Assembly (NCBI RefSeq): GCF_009914755.1
Contig: NC_060932.1
Length of the DNA: 64,000 bases
Strand: one strand, 5' to 3'
DNA from: the human T2T-CHM13v2.0 reference genome, Homo sapiens
The notes below the pieces were generated by a model that had not been told where the DNA came from, ran no database searches, and was given only the letters and a program-made list of their open reading frames with translations. The position numbers were made by a program, and so were the translations under genes. Positions 40,170 to 54,700 of this stretch are shown piece after piece; the stretch's first letter is position 1, and each line of letters starts with the position of its first letter.

Positions 40170-40956
40170 ATGATCATTGTCTCCTGAAAACTCTTGCTTC
40201 GCCCACTTTCATGATATCTCACTTTTCTGATTTTCTTCCTTTCTCACTGGTCACTCCTTCCCAGACATATTGGGTAGATCCCATTATCTAACCTCTGGAG
40301 TTGGAATGTTCCATGGATCAGACCAAGGCTGACTCCTCTTCTCCATGTTTACTGTCTTACTTGGTGATATCATCCAAGTCCATAATTTTAAGTATCTTCT
40401 AAATGCAAATGACTCTAAAATTTATATTTCAGCTCTTACATTTCCCACTGAGTTCCATGTGTCTATTAATGTCAACATCAGCATCTTAATGTTGGGTGCA
40501 TCTGAAATTCAATATGGTCAAGGAAAAACAATGAATTCCACCATTCCCTGGGCCCCAGGCTTCATCTTCTCTGTTACTCTGTGTCTTAGTTAACTCCACC
40601 CTCATGTACCAAATTTCTCAGGCCAAAGGAGAAAGGTCTTATCCTCTCCTTTCCTTATATCCATATCCAATCTATTAGCAAATCTGTCACTTCTATTTCT
40701 CAAACATATTCTGGTTCTGTAAACTCATTGTCTCTCTATTAAATTGCTATCTCTTAGTTTACTCAAGTTCTTCACTTCACAACTGGGCAATTTTCCTGGC
40801 CTCCTAACAGTTCTTGTTTTAAGTTTTAATTGAGTTTGTTTTAGGTAGGATTCTGTAAAAGACTCATTTGTCCCATTTGCTACTGTATTATTGACATTTA
40901 GAAGAGTGCTTTGTACATATTAGATGCTAAATAGATATTAGTTGAATGAATGAATA
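40170..40956 (+). mobile_element. L2 3' portion
   Basis: atcttctaaatgcaaatgactctaaaatttatat..., ending aaatagatattagttgaatgaatgaat. Confidence 0.75.
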
Positions 40957-41633
40957 ATAAATGTGGGGTTTCATACCAAAAGAGCGCTTTTCATAGTTTT
41001 ACAAATTCTCAATTAATTCACCCATAAATTTATAAATTCTTTGTCAGAACATGTGTCCTGAAGTTTTATACCACTGAAAACATGAGCAGAAACTGTTCAG
41101 GATAATAGCAGCTCATTATTTTGTTGCTATCAAAGATACTCCATCTGGGAATCTTCACTCATGGGGTTCTGATCCACGACTCAAAGGAAATCTTACTAGC
41201 CTTCTGCCAAAAAATTAGTATTCCAAGAAGTCTAAAAAGAATTATCCTTTTGAAGATATTCTTCAGAACGTATGCCCTTTATTAATCCATGTGTTTAGAG
41301 CATATTATTAAAATTCCACAGTTAATAGAATCTCCTACTTTCTTAAGTCATTCCAACAATTCCCAAATATTCTCCTCACTGTATGGCCATTTTATTATTG
41401 TCTGTTAATAATCCCAAACCCAAATAACCTCATCTAACCCCACTTGGAAAACATCACCTTCCTATTGAGGTGATAAAAATCTGAGTACCAGAAATGGGTA
41501 AAATGGAAGATGAAGAAAAGAAGCTAGTTGTAATATCAGAGAGGCCCAGGCTCCAGGTTTGCCTCTGTTGCTTTATGGGGCATGAATTTGAGGAAGTAAC
41601 CTACTCTCTGCAAATCTCATTTTTCCTACCTGA

Positions 41634-42039
<406 letters not shown>

Positions 42040-43544
42040 ACTGGTAAGCTCTTGAAAACTCTTCTGGGTCATCCCTCCAAGGGCTCTCTTTTGGCCACTG
42101 TCAATCAGCTGTTACTGACTACTGTAACTAACACCAGTGGCAGGGCCTGCCTCTTCCCAAGATCCACACAACTTGGGGAAAGTAAGAAATGAGGAGTCCT
42201 GAGACAGTTGTCATAAGTCTCATTCATTAAATTAAATGTAGCTACTCAATCTGACTTACACAGTCATGTGGGAGATGATCAATAAACATTGCAGAATGAA
42301 TTAACAAATGAAAATGGAGATTGTTCTTCATCAGTTACTTCCTAGATAAGTAGAGCCGCATGTTTCATTGTTTTGTTGTACTTGACAGTTCAGAAAACTT
42401 TTGCCTTAGCAGATGGTACAAAAATGAGTGCTGCCATGTTGAGGGACTCAGAAGCAAGGAGGGTGGGAGGGTGGGGGGAATTGTAAGTCAAGGGAGAGCA
42501 GAGATTTGATTCTGAAGAGCAAATGCTTACTGGGTCAAGGCCGTTTTTGCATAATTCTATTATCACCAAGAAGAAGAGAAATAATCATATTAGGTGTGTG
42601 CTATACTGCTCAATGTGGCTTGTCTTACCTTACTTTTTGAAGTCATACAGGTTTAAGTGCTTTGTGTAAGTGAGTTGTTCAGAGGCACCTGATCAATAAG
42701 GCATGTGCTGTCAGGGTAAAGCAGGGAAGTTTTTGATGTTGACAATGACATACATTCTTGTGCAGAAAGGAGTAATCCATTTGGTCACAGTAATAAAAAA
42801 GTTGTATGTATTGCTTTGGAGAACAGAGGCAGTGTCATCAGGGAAGGCTACTTCCAGGCAAGCTGGCCAGAGGACATCAGCATGCTGGTGGGTCAGCCCA
42901 GGACCAAGAGGAGCCCTTTATTGCACCTCCCTGTCCTCTGTATGGAAAAATGGGCATTTGCACAAGCAACTGCCTAGTGTTACTGAGATCACTGGCTCCC
43001 CTTCATCTTCTGATTACAGAGCCCAGGCATCTCATTAATTAGCATCGAGTTTCTGCCCAGCATGGCCTCTTCCTGAAGCCCAGTGCAGTTCACAGCAAGA
43101 CCTGTGTCCATCCAGGCTCTGCTGGTTCCAGGTGGGGCTTGTGCAAAGCCTCCCCTACAGTGGACCAGAGGTGGCCAGGGAAACATTGGAGCTTCCGTCT
43201 TTCCAGCCCACAGCTCTTGTTCTCTTTCTTCAGATGAGGTATCTCATCTGTCAGTGGCCACCTGAAAACGGATCAGAGACAGTCTAAAGAAGAGAACATC
43301 AAATAAGGAAGGTGTCAAACATTTTAAAGGTGTAAACACTCTCCATTGTTGAACAGTATTGGCTTCGTAACAAAATGTCCTCCTTTCTAATTCCTCTATT
43401 CTACCTCAGCCTCTATGAATGATGCCAGGCTTGGCACAAGATGCTAAAACTCTTGTTATAAAGAGGAAAAAAGCTATCTCACCTCAAGTAGCTCCCAGCT
43501 CATAGTGGAGAAGCAGTCTGCAAAAACAAGCACAATGCAAAGAG

Positions 43545-43775
43545 GAGGTAGCAATGCATAGTGCTTAAAAGTATGGGCTGTAGAAACAGGGACTTCTTTC
43601 CTCCAAATTCCACCTTTCCATCTATTCACTGGGTGTCTTTACCTACTTAGCCCTTCGGTACCTCCAGTTTTGTTACTTCATACATCTGTAATGAGGACAA
43701 AATAGGATCATACATGTGATCCTTAGCATGATTTGGGCATTTAGTCAGTTCTTAATAAATGTTAATACTTTAAAT
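43545..43775 (+). mobile_element. MIR
   Basis: tagcaatgcatagtgcttaaaagtatgggct...atctgtaatgaggacaaaata...ttaataaatgtta. Confidence 0.7.
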
Positions 43776-44089
43776 AATAATTACCATGGCGAAATCTCTG
43801 TACTGTGTTCTTCAGATGCACAAAGAAGGGAGAAGCCAATTCTAAATAAGATGGTAAAGAAAGCCTTCATGTAAGTGAATTCTGAAGGATGCTAATGGTT
43901 ATGATTTTTATTGTTACAATTGTATTTTAAAGCAGTTACTGTGTCCTGGTCTCTGTGTTAAGTACTTACAGGTGGTGTCTTCTGCGTTCACAAAACAACC
44001 ACAAAAATTAACTAAATTGCCCTTACTCCCATTTTATGGATGAACATAAGTGAGTATAGTCTGATTAAAAACAAATAATCTGTGAATGC

Positions 44090-44495
44090 ACAGAGAAAAT
44101 AATGAAATATTATTCAGCCTTAAAAAGAAGGAAATCCTACCATTTGCAACCACAAAAATGAACCTGGAGGTGATTATGCTAAGTGAAATAAGCGAGGCAA
44201 AGTATATGATCTCACTTAAATGTGAAATCTAAAAAAGTCATGGAAGCAAAGAGTAGGAGGGTGGTTATTAGGTGGTAGGAGATGGGGGAAGTCAGGGCAT
44301 GTTGGTCAAATGGTCTAAACTTTAAGTTGTAAGATGAACAAGTTCAAGGAATCTAACGTACAGCATGGTGGTGATGGACATGTTAATTAATTCGAGTGTA
44401 ATAATTACTACACAATGGATACATATATAGAAGAATCACATTGTATGCCTCGTTTATAAGCAATCTTTATTTGTCAATTAAATATTTTAAAAAAC
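44090..44495 (+). mobile_element. L1MA-type 3' end fragment
   Basis: aatgaaatattattcagccttaaaaagaaggaaatcct...tttatttgtcaatta. Confidence 0.8.
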
Positions 44496-45700
44496 TAGTA
44501 ATAAAGTTCAGAAGATAGAACTAAGAGCTTCCAAATGCGCCCTTACAGAGAGAACACAGACTTGCCATATATGTACAAAGCGAAAGCAAACTTTATTGTC
44601 AATTGTCACCTCTCTGGCCCCTGTGGGAAGGAAGGAGAGTCCCCTGGTGCTGATGCGGAATTTGCTTTCACCCCTGCAGGCAGGGCCCAACACATACCGA
44701 TCCCAGAGGTTCAGAGTTTCAGCCAAGAGGGAACTGGGAGTCCATCTCTCCAGATGAGAAGAAAGAAGAACAGCACAGGCCAGAGTGTAGTCCTGTTATG
44801 TGTCTATGCGTGTTCAGAGAAGACCAGCATACTTATTTCAAGGGGCCAACAGAAGTCTCATCATGGCTCTTGATAAGAGCAGCCAGGGCATTTGCAGGCC
44901 ACTCACATTTAAGCAGATAATCCACAAGTCCTCCCAAACCACAGGGCATTTGCAATGAAGCTACTGAACTATTACAACATTGCATTCTCTTGCTTAAATC
45001 GTAAGACTTACAGGCTTCAACTAGTTTAGGTGAGAGTTTGGTGAGCAAAGGGAAAGGTCCTTATTAAAAGCTAAACAGCTTAGAGCATCCAGATAACTCA
45101 AGAGATTTTTCTGGGGATCATTCATGTGGGTATTCTTCACACAGGAAGAATATGAAAGGGCACACCCAAAGCAGTCTTAGGAGGGTGAGAACAGGCACAG
45201 AGTTGTGGAAAACCATGGTGTGTATTCAGTGCTCATCAAGTTCTTCAGTATGATTAAGGCTTAGAGTGTTGGGGGAGGGTAGAAAAAGTTAAGGCCAAAT
45301 TATGCCTAGGCCAGTATGGAGGACTTTGTACTTTATGCTAGTGAGCTCTGGCTTTGTTTTGTATGTTTTCAAACTATATTCTAGTTGTTTAATTACTCTT
45401 GAATTCCCATTAGCACTTATAGCAGCCAGAGTAAAAATATGTAGCATAGGCAGCTACTGTAGCTTTCCATGCCCATGGCAGACATTACTAATTGATCATA
45501 GCACTCTACTCCCTGAGCCTGGAGGCAATTTAAGAAATTCTTCATTGGAGTCCTCTAGACAGCTATTAACAATTGATCAGAGTTTTCATGACTTAACACC
45601 TATCTTCCATCCCTGGCTCACGAGGAAGCCAAGTATGTATGTGACAGATAAAGGCAGAGTCTTTCTGGCTGAGGCCCTGGTATGGTCAAGGAGGTGGAGT

Positions 45701-45885
45701 CAGTGGTGCACTAGAGCTGACTTCACATTTCTTCCAAAATCTCATGATGCTGGTAGCTTGAAATTGGTCATCGTGGGAGTGTCTGTATTATAGAAACTAG
45801 CCAAATCTACAAATAAGGATTTTGTGGGAGGTTTTTCTTTTCACTTTTGGGGAGCTGGTTGTTAAACATTTGCCAGCACAATACT
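45701..45885. mobile_element. MER63-like hAT DNA transposon
   Basis: Termini cagtggtgcactagagc ... gctggttgttaaacatttgccagcac. Confidence 0.6.
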
Positions 45886-45959
45886 AAGCTAGGGGCTGGG
45901 GGCAGAAAAAGGATGTCTACGCTTCAAAGCCCAAATTGCCTTCTTTCCCCAGCCTTCCC

Positions 45960-47565
45960 TGCAAACACTTGAGCGAACCTCTCCTTTAAGGTGACAACCA
46001 TGTTAGGAAGTGACCAGCCACAAAAACTTTTGAGTGTGCTTTTGTTTAAGACCAGATTTGTACTTTAGAAAGGCAATCCTGGCTTTAATGTATTGGATAG
46101 ACTGAAAGGGTGTAAAATCACAGATAATATCAGAGGCAAGAAAGCTAGAAGATAATCTAATTGTCCTTGTCCAAATAAAGGGTAATGAGTCTTGAACTAA
46201 TGCAGGAGCAGAAGGAATAAAGTAGAGAGGACAAATATAATAGATGTTAGTGAAACAGAGATGATAGGACTTATTGGTTGATTGAGTGTCAAAGTGAAAA
46301 AAAAAAACATTCAAGTTTCAAGTGATCTTGCTATTCACTATGACAGGGTACACAGGAGTAGCATATTTTGGTGGAAAATTGGTGGCTTAGGTTTAAAGCA
46401 AGTTGAGATGCCTGAGCAGTAGGTAGAGGAGGCTGAGGCTCTTAACCAAACTTCATTTTCAAAGTCAGAAGATGGTGGGAAATTGACAGCAGGTGATTAG
46501 AGGGAATCACTGGGGGAGAATATGAAGTGAAAAGACGTCCAAAGAAGAAACATGGAAACATGATGTTTAGAGGGCACACAAAGAAATGAGTCAGCAAAGG
46601 ACAGAAGGATTGGCCAGTGGAGGAGGAGGAGAACTGGAAGACAAGCAAAGGGAGTTAGAGGATTGGATGGCCATGGATACAAAATGCCGGGTCAGGGTCA
46701 AGGAAGATGCAGTTCAACGAAGAGTAGGATTGGTGTAGCTGCAAGAAGATCGCGAGGGCCTTTTGCCAGAGCAGTTTCTGTGGAGTGCAGGGAGAGAAGG
46801 AGCCAAACTGCAGTTTGTTTGAAGAAGGAAAACTGGGAGGTGGACAGATGGAAAACAAGTCAAGAAGCAAGAATTTGTAGGCTTGGATGGTAAGAAAAGA
46901 AAAGGAGGTGTAGGATCAGGGGAGGACTTTAAGATGGACAACATGCTTGATCATAATTTTATGATATGAAGAAGGAGCCAATCCAGATGGACTTGCCCAT
47001 TTGGGAAGGAGAAAGGGAATCCCAGGTGCAACAGGGTCCTTGGGGTCATAGGAGCATTGTCAGTCAAGGGTACAGGCGGAGGGAATGGCCTTAAACAAGA
47101 TAAATAACAGCTCTTCCTACAAGACCTGAAGGAGGGCGTGAAAATAAATGCAAATATGAACAGCTTTTCAATGGCTGGAGATTGAGGGTGTTTAAGCTTG
47201 ATAATCTCAGTTGTCTCTTGAAGTATGAAAAAGTTTAAGTAGAGGGGTAGAAGTTTGAAATAAACACTGTAGGGAATAGAACAGGGCATAACACTCTGCT
47301 TTAAACCTACGTTACATTTTAATGGTATAATGCCTATACATGATTTTATTGTACTGTTGTGTTTTGTCTATTTTGTATCTCCCTTAGTAGCTGTACTGTC
47401 ACAGTCATAATAGCATGGCTCACACGGCATTACTAGTGCTTATTTGATCACCTGCTTTCCGTATAGCAGTAACCCTAGATAGGGAAGGAACAGTGTGTCT
47501 AGCCTAGCAAAGCACCTGAAATATAATGAATGATAAACAAGTGTTTGTTGAATGGATGAATGATT
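45960..47565. mobile_element. L2 fragments (antisense block, then a sense 3' end)
   Basis: tttgtactttagaaaggcaatcctggct; gagcagtttctgtggagtg; ends gtttgttgaatggatgaatga. Confidence 0.65.
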
Positions 47566-47709
47566 AAGAAGTAGATGTCTAAATTAGTCCAGTCTTTCCA
47601 GCTAAACTGTTAACTCCAGGGTGGGGATTGTGTCTTAAACTTGGTTGGATTGCTCAGCATGTTTGGTACAAAGGAACTACACAATAATGACACATTAAAA
47701 TGAATCAAA

Positions 47710-48074
<365 letters not shown>

Positions 48075-48957
48075 TCAAGAAGTGCCTTCCAAGGGAGGAG
48101 CTTGAGATGAGATGAAATGATGGGGAATGAAATTCAAAACTAGCTAAACCTTTAGAAGAAAATACAATCTTCTTCTTCCCAACAACTTTCTGTCATTATT
48201 GTGTAAGTTTTAGGTAAAGGATCCTTTGAAAATTCCAGTGCTTGGCATTTTCCATTTCTAAATGGAATGGTCCAATCATTACCAGAATCTCTCATCCAGC
48301 CTATTCTCTGGTTTCTTGGACCTTAATCCCCATGGTCTAGAGACCATGCTTTGTGGTTTTTCTAGTTCTAAAATCACACTCCCAACTGCCAGCCCTCTGT
48401 AACAATGAGAGAGAGAAACCCTTCAGGCAGTCAACAAGAAGCAGCTTCTCTCTGCTTTGCTCTGAAATGTCCCATAGCAAATGACAGTGGCAGGGAAATG
48501 TCTTAATAGAGCGTGTTGTTTAGCATAATTGATGTTCAGATGCAGCGTTGGTAGATACAAGCCCAGTTAATTGGTCTCTCAACCTACATTAGCTGTTGCA
48601 TTGCAGCCAATTAGGCAGGGGCCAGAGGGCCCTCTGCTCAGTCATTAGAGCCCTGCACACTGAGGCGGGGAAGGGCAGCAGTTAGGGAGCAGAGCTGGCG
48701 TGAAGGGCTTTGATGAGGTGTGTGTGCAGCTGCACCACGGCCAGAGCCATCTGTCCATTTAGGAGTGCAAGACCCTCAACGACCAATCTTAAAGGTGACA
48801 AAAGGAAGGTGACATTCAGGAGAGGGAAATCTGGGTGCTCCCCAAGGGGTGAAGTGCTAGAGGAAAGTTTGAAGATCATAGATTTGAAGAACATTGTCCT
48901 ACAGCAATATTTCTGATGAACAAAGAGCCCGTGTCTATTCTCTGAGCCTTGATGTTA

Positions 48958-49612
<655 letters not shown>

Positions 49613-49728
49613 CTGCACTGACCAGGATGGCAGAAATCTCTGTAAGGAACCCATGTGACAGACATTTCTGTTCATCCTCAGAAGACAGGCGAACCCCAGA
49701 TATTTAATTTATTGTTTAAATATAGTCA

Positions 49729-49977
<249 letters not shown>

Positions 49978-49990
49978 TCATAGCTGTGTT

Positions 49991-50465
49991 GTGTCAGACC
50001 CCTATTAACCTCAATAGGGAAGGCACCAGGTTTGAGAGGCTCAAGAAGAGACTCAGAGACATGGGATTTTATTTGGGGTTTATATACAGGAGAAAGAGTC
50101 CAGTGGTAGCAGACTGGACGAGAGATCCACCTCCTACAGTCCGGGGACAGCAGGCTGGCCAGGAAAACCATGGCCACCTGCAAACATCATGCAGTTTCTA
50201 TGGCATTTTTACTTCACATCCTCCACCCAAAGGCCTCTAGCTGGCCATCTTTATTTAACCCAAAACTGGGGACCTCAATCCCCTGCATGGCCTGTGTTCC
50301 ACAGGACAGGCTCGGGGCTCGGATGTTTATCATAAATAAGGAACAAATCTCTGGATTGGCCACACCCACATTCCCTAGCTCAGAACACACATTCAGGTGC
50401 ATCTGCCCTACAAGGTCATTCTAAGAGTCTGCTTAAATCATTGCTAGCAAGTGCATTTACCCTAT
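49991..50465 (-). mobile_element. Solo ERV LTR (LTR47/MER39-like; family uncertain)
   Basis: ~475 bp starting tgtcagacccctattaacctcaatagggaaggcacc and ending aagtgcatttacccta. Has an antisense AATAAA (tttatt). Confidence 0.65.
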
Positions 50466-50883
50466 GGGATCCTATGGACAGGTAAAGGAATATATGTTAG
50501 GTAATAAATAACCTCAATTTCTAGGGGTTTAGAAGTTCATAAAGACTTCAGCAAAAGTTGGCAAAAACTTTGAAACTTCCTGCTACCATGAATGAGTCAA
50601 ATGGTTTTCAGAATTCTTTCCTCCACATAAAGAGTAAAGGAAAAATGATAAACTGAAACTAGTAATAAAACAATCACCAATTTTCTATATTGTATCCTTG
50701 AATGCATGTTTATTGTGACGAGCAGTATTTGCGTTTTTCCCAAATTTATCAAGAGGTGGCTTTGACTTTATTGCTAGAGTTTGGGGATAATTTTACTCCC
50801 AACGAAGTAGAGACCACTTTCTTCTCTCTTGTTTTTCAGCATGTGAAATGTTACAGAGACATGGACTCTTTGAATGTTTGAAG

Positions 50884-51045
50884 TAGGTGTGGTGGCACAC
50901 ACCTGTAGTCCTAGCTACTCTGGAGGCTGAGGCATGAGGATCCCTTGAACCCAAACTCTAGGCTGTAGTGTGCAAGGATTGTTCCTGTGAATAGTCACTG
51001 CACTCCAGTCTGGGCAACATGCAAGACCCCATCTTTAAAAAAAAA
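50884..51045 (+). mobile_element. FAM/FRAM Alu monomer (7SL-derived)
   Basis: Single monomer retaining 7SL-like cctgtgaatagtcactgcactccag plus A tail. Confidence 0.8.
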
Positions 51046-51349
51046 TTGGCTTGGCTATTCTGCTTTATATGTAGCAAAAGAATTGTTGGAAATATGCCTT
51101 CCTTAGTGTATCTGCCCATAAAGAGAGCTAGACTCCACAATAACCAATGGTTAGGAAGAGGCCTACTAAACCAACATTTCTAAAATGGCTGAAATATTTT
51201 CATAGGAGATTCTGGCTTCGAGCTTCTAGAAGACATGCACTTATAAGAATATTAAAGAGACACCTCACTGTTTTTAAAACCCTTGGAGTTTTTCCAAGCT
51301 CTAGCTACCCAAGTCTGTCTCTGTCCCTCAGTCTGACACGCATGCCCGC

Positions 51350-51351
51350 AT

Positions 51352-51383
<32 letters not shown>
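51350..51383. repeat. (CA)n microsatellite
   Basis: Direct reading. Confidence 0.95.
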
Positions 51384-52779
51384 CCCGCCAACAAAAGCCA
51401 GGCTGCAGCCTCAGACTCCAGACGCATGCATCAATCATAATTGCAGCACCGCCGGCAGTCATGTAACTGCTTAAAGACCTCAACAGCCTTCTGGCACTTA
51501 AAGGAAAAAAAATCATCTAATTAATCACAGGTGAAACAGATTGGACTGTCTCCAAAAGCCCCTGAATTTACTGCCAAGCTTTGATGCTAATTTTCTTTCT
51601 AAGTAACCCCCTAAAGAAATTTACAATTAGGTAATTAAAGTAATGAATAAAGAGATACTTAGGTGGAGGGAAATGAGAAGAGGGAAAAAGTCTATATTTC
51701 CATCCTGCAATAAACACCTCTGGGTATGCATCATTTGTGAACCCCAACTTAAAGGTCCCCAAGTGGCTTTCTCCTGAAGAATATTTTAAAAATCAATATT
51801 TGAAAGACCAAAATGAGGCACATAAATGAAGTTAGGAACAGGTCATTCGCTAGGGCCTGTTAGACAGGGAGGGAAAGCAGTCTTCTGCTGGCTACTTAAC
51901 TCTTGACTTAAAAAAAATAATGTCATGGCTTATATCCTTTGGGAAGGTTGGTAGTGGTTTCTCCCTGTGAGCTGATTGGATAACATCACTGGGTTTGATT
52001 TAGAGATTTCATCTTCCACCTATTCCCCATGTCCCTGCTGGGATGGACTCCAGATTTCTGGTTTTAATTGGTTTAAAAGCAATTGCTCCAGTCTTTTGTC
52101 CTTAAAATTGGAAATGTTCAGGGGAGGGCTTTGGGTTTTATTATTCCAGCCCTGATCCTTCCCTCGATCTCTGACACTTAATATTGGAACACTCCAGGAA
52201 TGGGGAACTTTAGTTAATTGGTTACTTTAGATTACAGAATTAAACAGAAATGCTCATGTTTAAATAATTCATCAAACAAGTTTCTGCTAAACTCCTAAAC
52301 ACCTAGAGCTTCAACTCCTCCTGAAAAATCTTGGTAGCAACTATTTTTCTGACTTAATAAATACAGTGTAATAAGCATAATGCTTTTTTAAATAATTCAG
52401 AATCTTGAATTTTTGATTGAAAACCTCTTTGCTCTGATTTATGTGTACCCTTCGGGATCGTTTACAAGCTTCTGCAAGGAGAGATCAAAGCGGGTCCCCA
52501 TGTTGTCTCTTTCCCACATCTAGCAGAGCATGAGTGCTCATTATTTATTACTGCTCGATGGTCTCGATGGTATTCCAGTTTATGCAAAGAGGGTGTAAGA
52601 GTTTTTACTAAATAAACACTGACTTAAAGTGTCATAGCCTGAAAATTTAGGTTTTTTTTTTTTCACTAAGTTACCATATGAACTTACATATTTAGTTTTG
52701 TACCCCTCCTGAAAAGAGAAGGGTGAAAATTGTAGATTTAGAATTTTGACTCGGAAGTGAGGTTGGCGATTTTATAGTC

Positions 52780-53340
52780 TGAAACTTCATTTCTGAGCTA
52801 AGGACATGGAGGCTTAGAGAGGTAAGATGATTTGGCAAAGACACACAGCCACCTAAGGGGTTGTGAAGATCATACACTCTGAAGCCAGATGAATCTGCAT
52901 ATTGTAAAGCACTTCTGCTACTTACCAGCTGTGGACCTCGAGAAACTACATGCTTTATTCTGAGTTTCTTTTTCTGATCTGTACAATGAAAACAATAAGT
53001 ATTCTGAAGATGAAATGAGCTAATATAAGAAAGATGCTTAGCATCATGCCTGGGACGTGATAAACAGTAAAAACCATTTAGCTCTTATTAGTTTTATTTA
53101 TTCATTATTTATTTATTTGAAAGGATCTTGTATTAAATTATAATTTTATATTTATTTAAGAAATTTATTTTCATCATTCACAATCCCTTACATCATTTAC
53201 AGTGATGTAATTGAATTGTTTTCATCATTCACAATCCATGGAAAGTAAGGTCTTAGTCAAAAGTGGTGCTTTGGCTGCTCACAGCCAGATGGGCATAGAA
53301 ATTCAGGTTTGTGGGAGCTGGACCGGAGCTCAAGTGCTCT
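52780..53340. mobile_element. MIR remnants
   Basis: gaggcttagagaggtaagatgatttggcaaagacacacagc; gatctgtacaatgaaaacaataa...gcttagcatcatgcctgg. Confidence 0.65.
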
Positions 53341-53366
53341 GCGTAAGAAAAAACTACACATTTTCA

Positions 53367-53678
<312 letters not shown>

Positions 53679-54361
53679 GAAACATGTTAGAGGTCTCTAA
53701 TTCAGTGCTTTTTCTTCTTCCCAACCAATGTAGAACAATATGAGATTTGAAACTTATTCCTAATGGAGAATTGAAAGATCCTGTCCCCAAATTTCAGAAC
53801 AGGGATGAGCCCCCATAGAGAGGTGGAAGGTAGGGGCAGGGGTCATTTGAGGATGTGGTTGCCTCCCAACTCCTCCCGAATCAGCCAAATTAGAAGGCCA
53901 CCATCCACGCTGCCTAATATCTCTGCTCTGCTTCCCAGTCCTAAGAGCCTCAGGCTCTCCTCTGAGCCTTTATCTGAAAGGCTAGAGAAGTTGGAGAATC
54001 CTGCCAAGTAGGAATTAAAAATGACAAAACAGCTGATTAGATCTGAGGTGACAAGAATGAGAAATAAAAGCCATTAGAGCCCATTTGCAACGTGCCCTCA
54101 GCGAGTCAAGTTTCAAGGTGTTCCTCTGAAGATTATTAATGGCGTGACAGTGTTTTCCAATGTTTTCCATGCAGAAATCTGATACGTGAAATAACACTGG
54201 TGTACACACGCTGCATTCTGGATGGTAAGAGGGGCCTGCCCTCATTTATTTAGTTTCACGGATTTGAAGAGACACCCTAATTCAACTGTCAGAGTGAGGG
54301 TCAGTGTGAGCACCCAGCACTTGAAGGAACAGGTTTCCATGGTAAATAGTTTTCCTGTAAA

Positions 54362-54700
54362 GCAGGGGTCCGTCACCATGGCCCAGAGGCTAACCTGGCC
54401 AATTGCCTAATTTTTGTACAGACAACTTGCAAAGAGTGTTTTTGTATTTTAAAATGGTTGGTACAAAAATCAAAACAAAACTATGTGATGACCCTTGGAA
54501 ATGTTGTGAAATGTATGCCAGTATTTATAAATAAAGTTTTATTGGAATATAGTGTCCCTCATGTGTTTATATATTGTCTACAGCTGCTTTTGCACCACAA
54601 CAGCAGTGTCGAGTGGCTGCGACAGAGATGGTGGGCCTGGAAAGCTTTAATTATTTGCTATCTGGATCTTTACAGAAAAAGTTTGCCAACCCACCTTGTG
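54362..54700. mobile_element. MER58B-like DNA transposon
   Basis: caggggtc...gtatttataaataaagttttattggaa...tttacagaaaaagtttgccaaccc. Confidence 0.75.

Noticed and set aside
45302-45793. 163-aa ORF
   Set aside because: No recognisable domain or exon structure, and it overlaps L2/MER63-like remnants. Consistent with chance.
50884-51045. 7SL RNA gene
   Set aside because: It lacks most of the S domain, is diverged and has an A tail, so it is a fossil Alu monomer.
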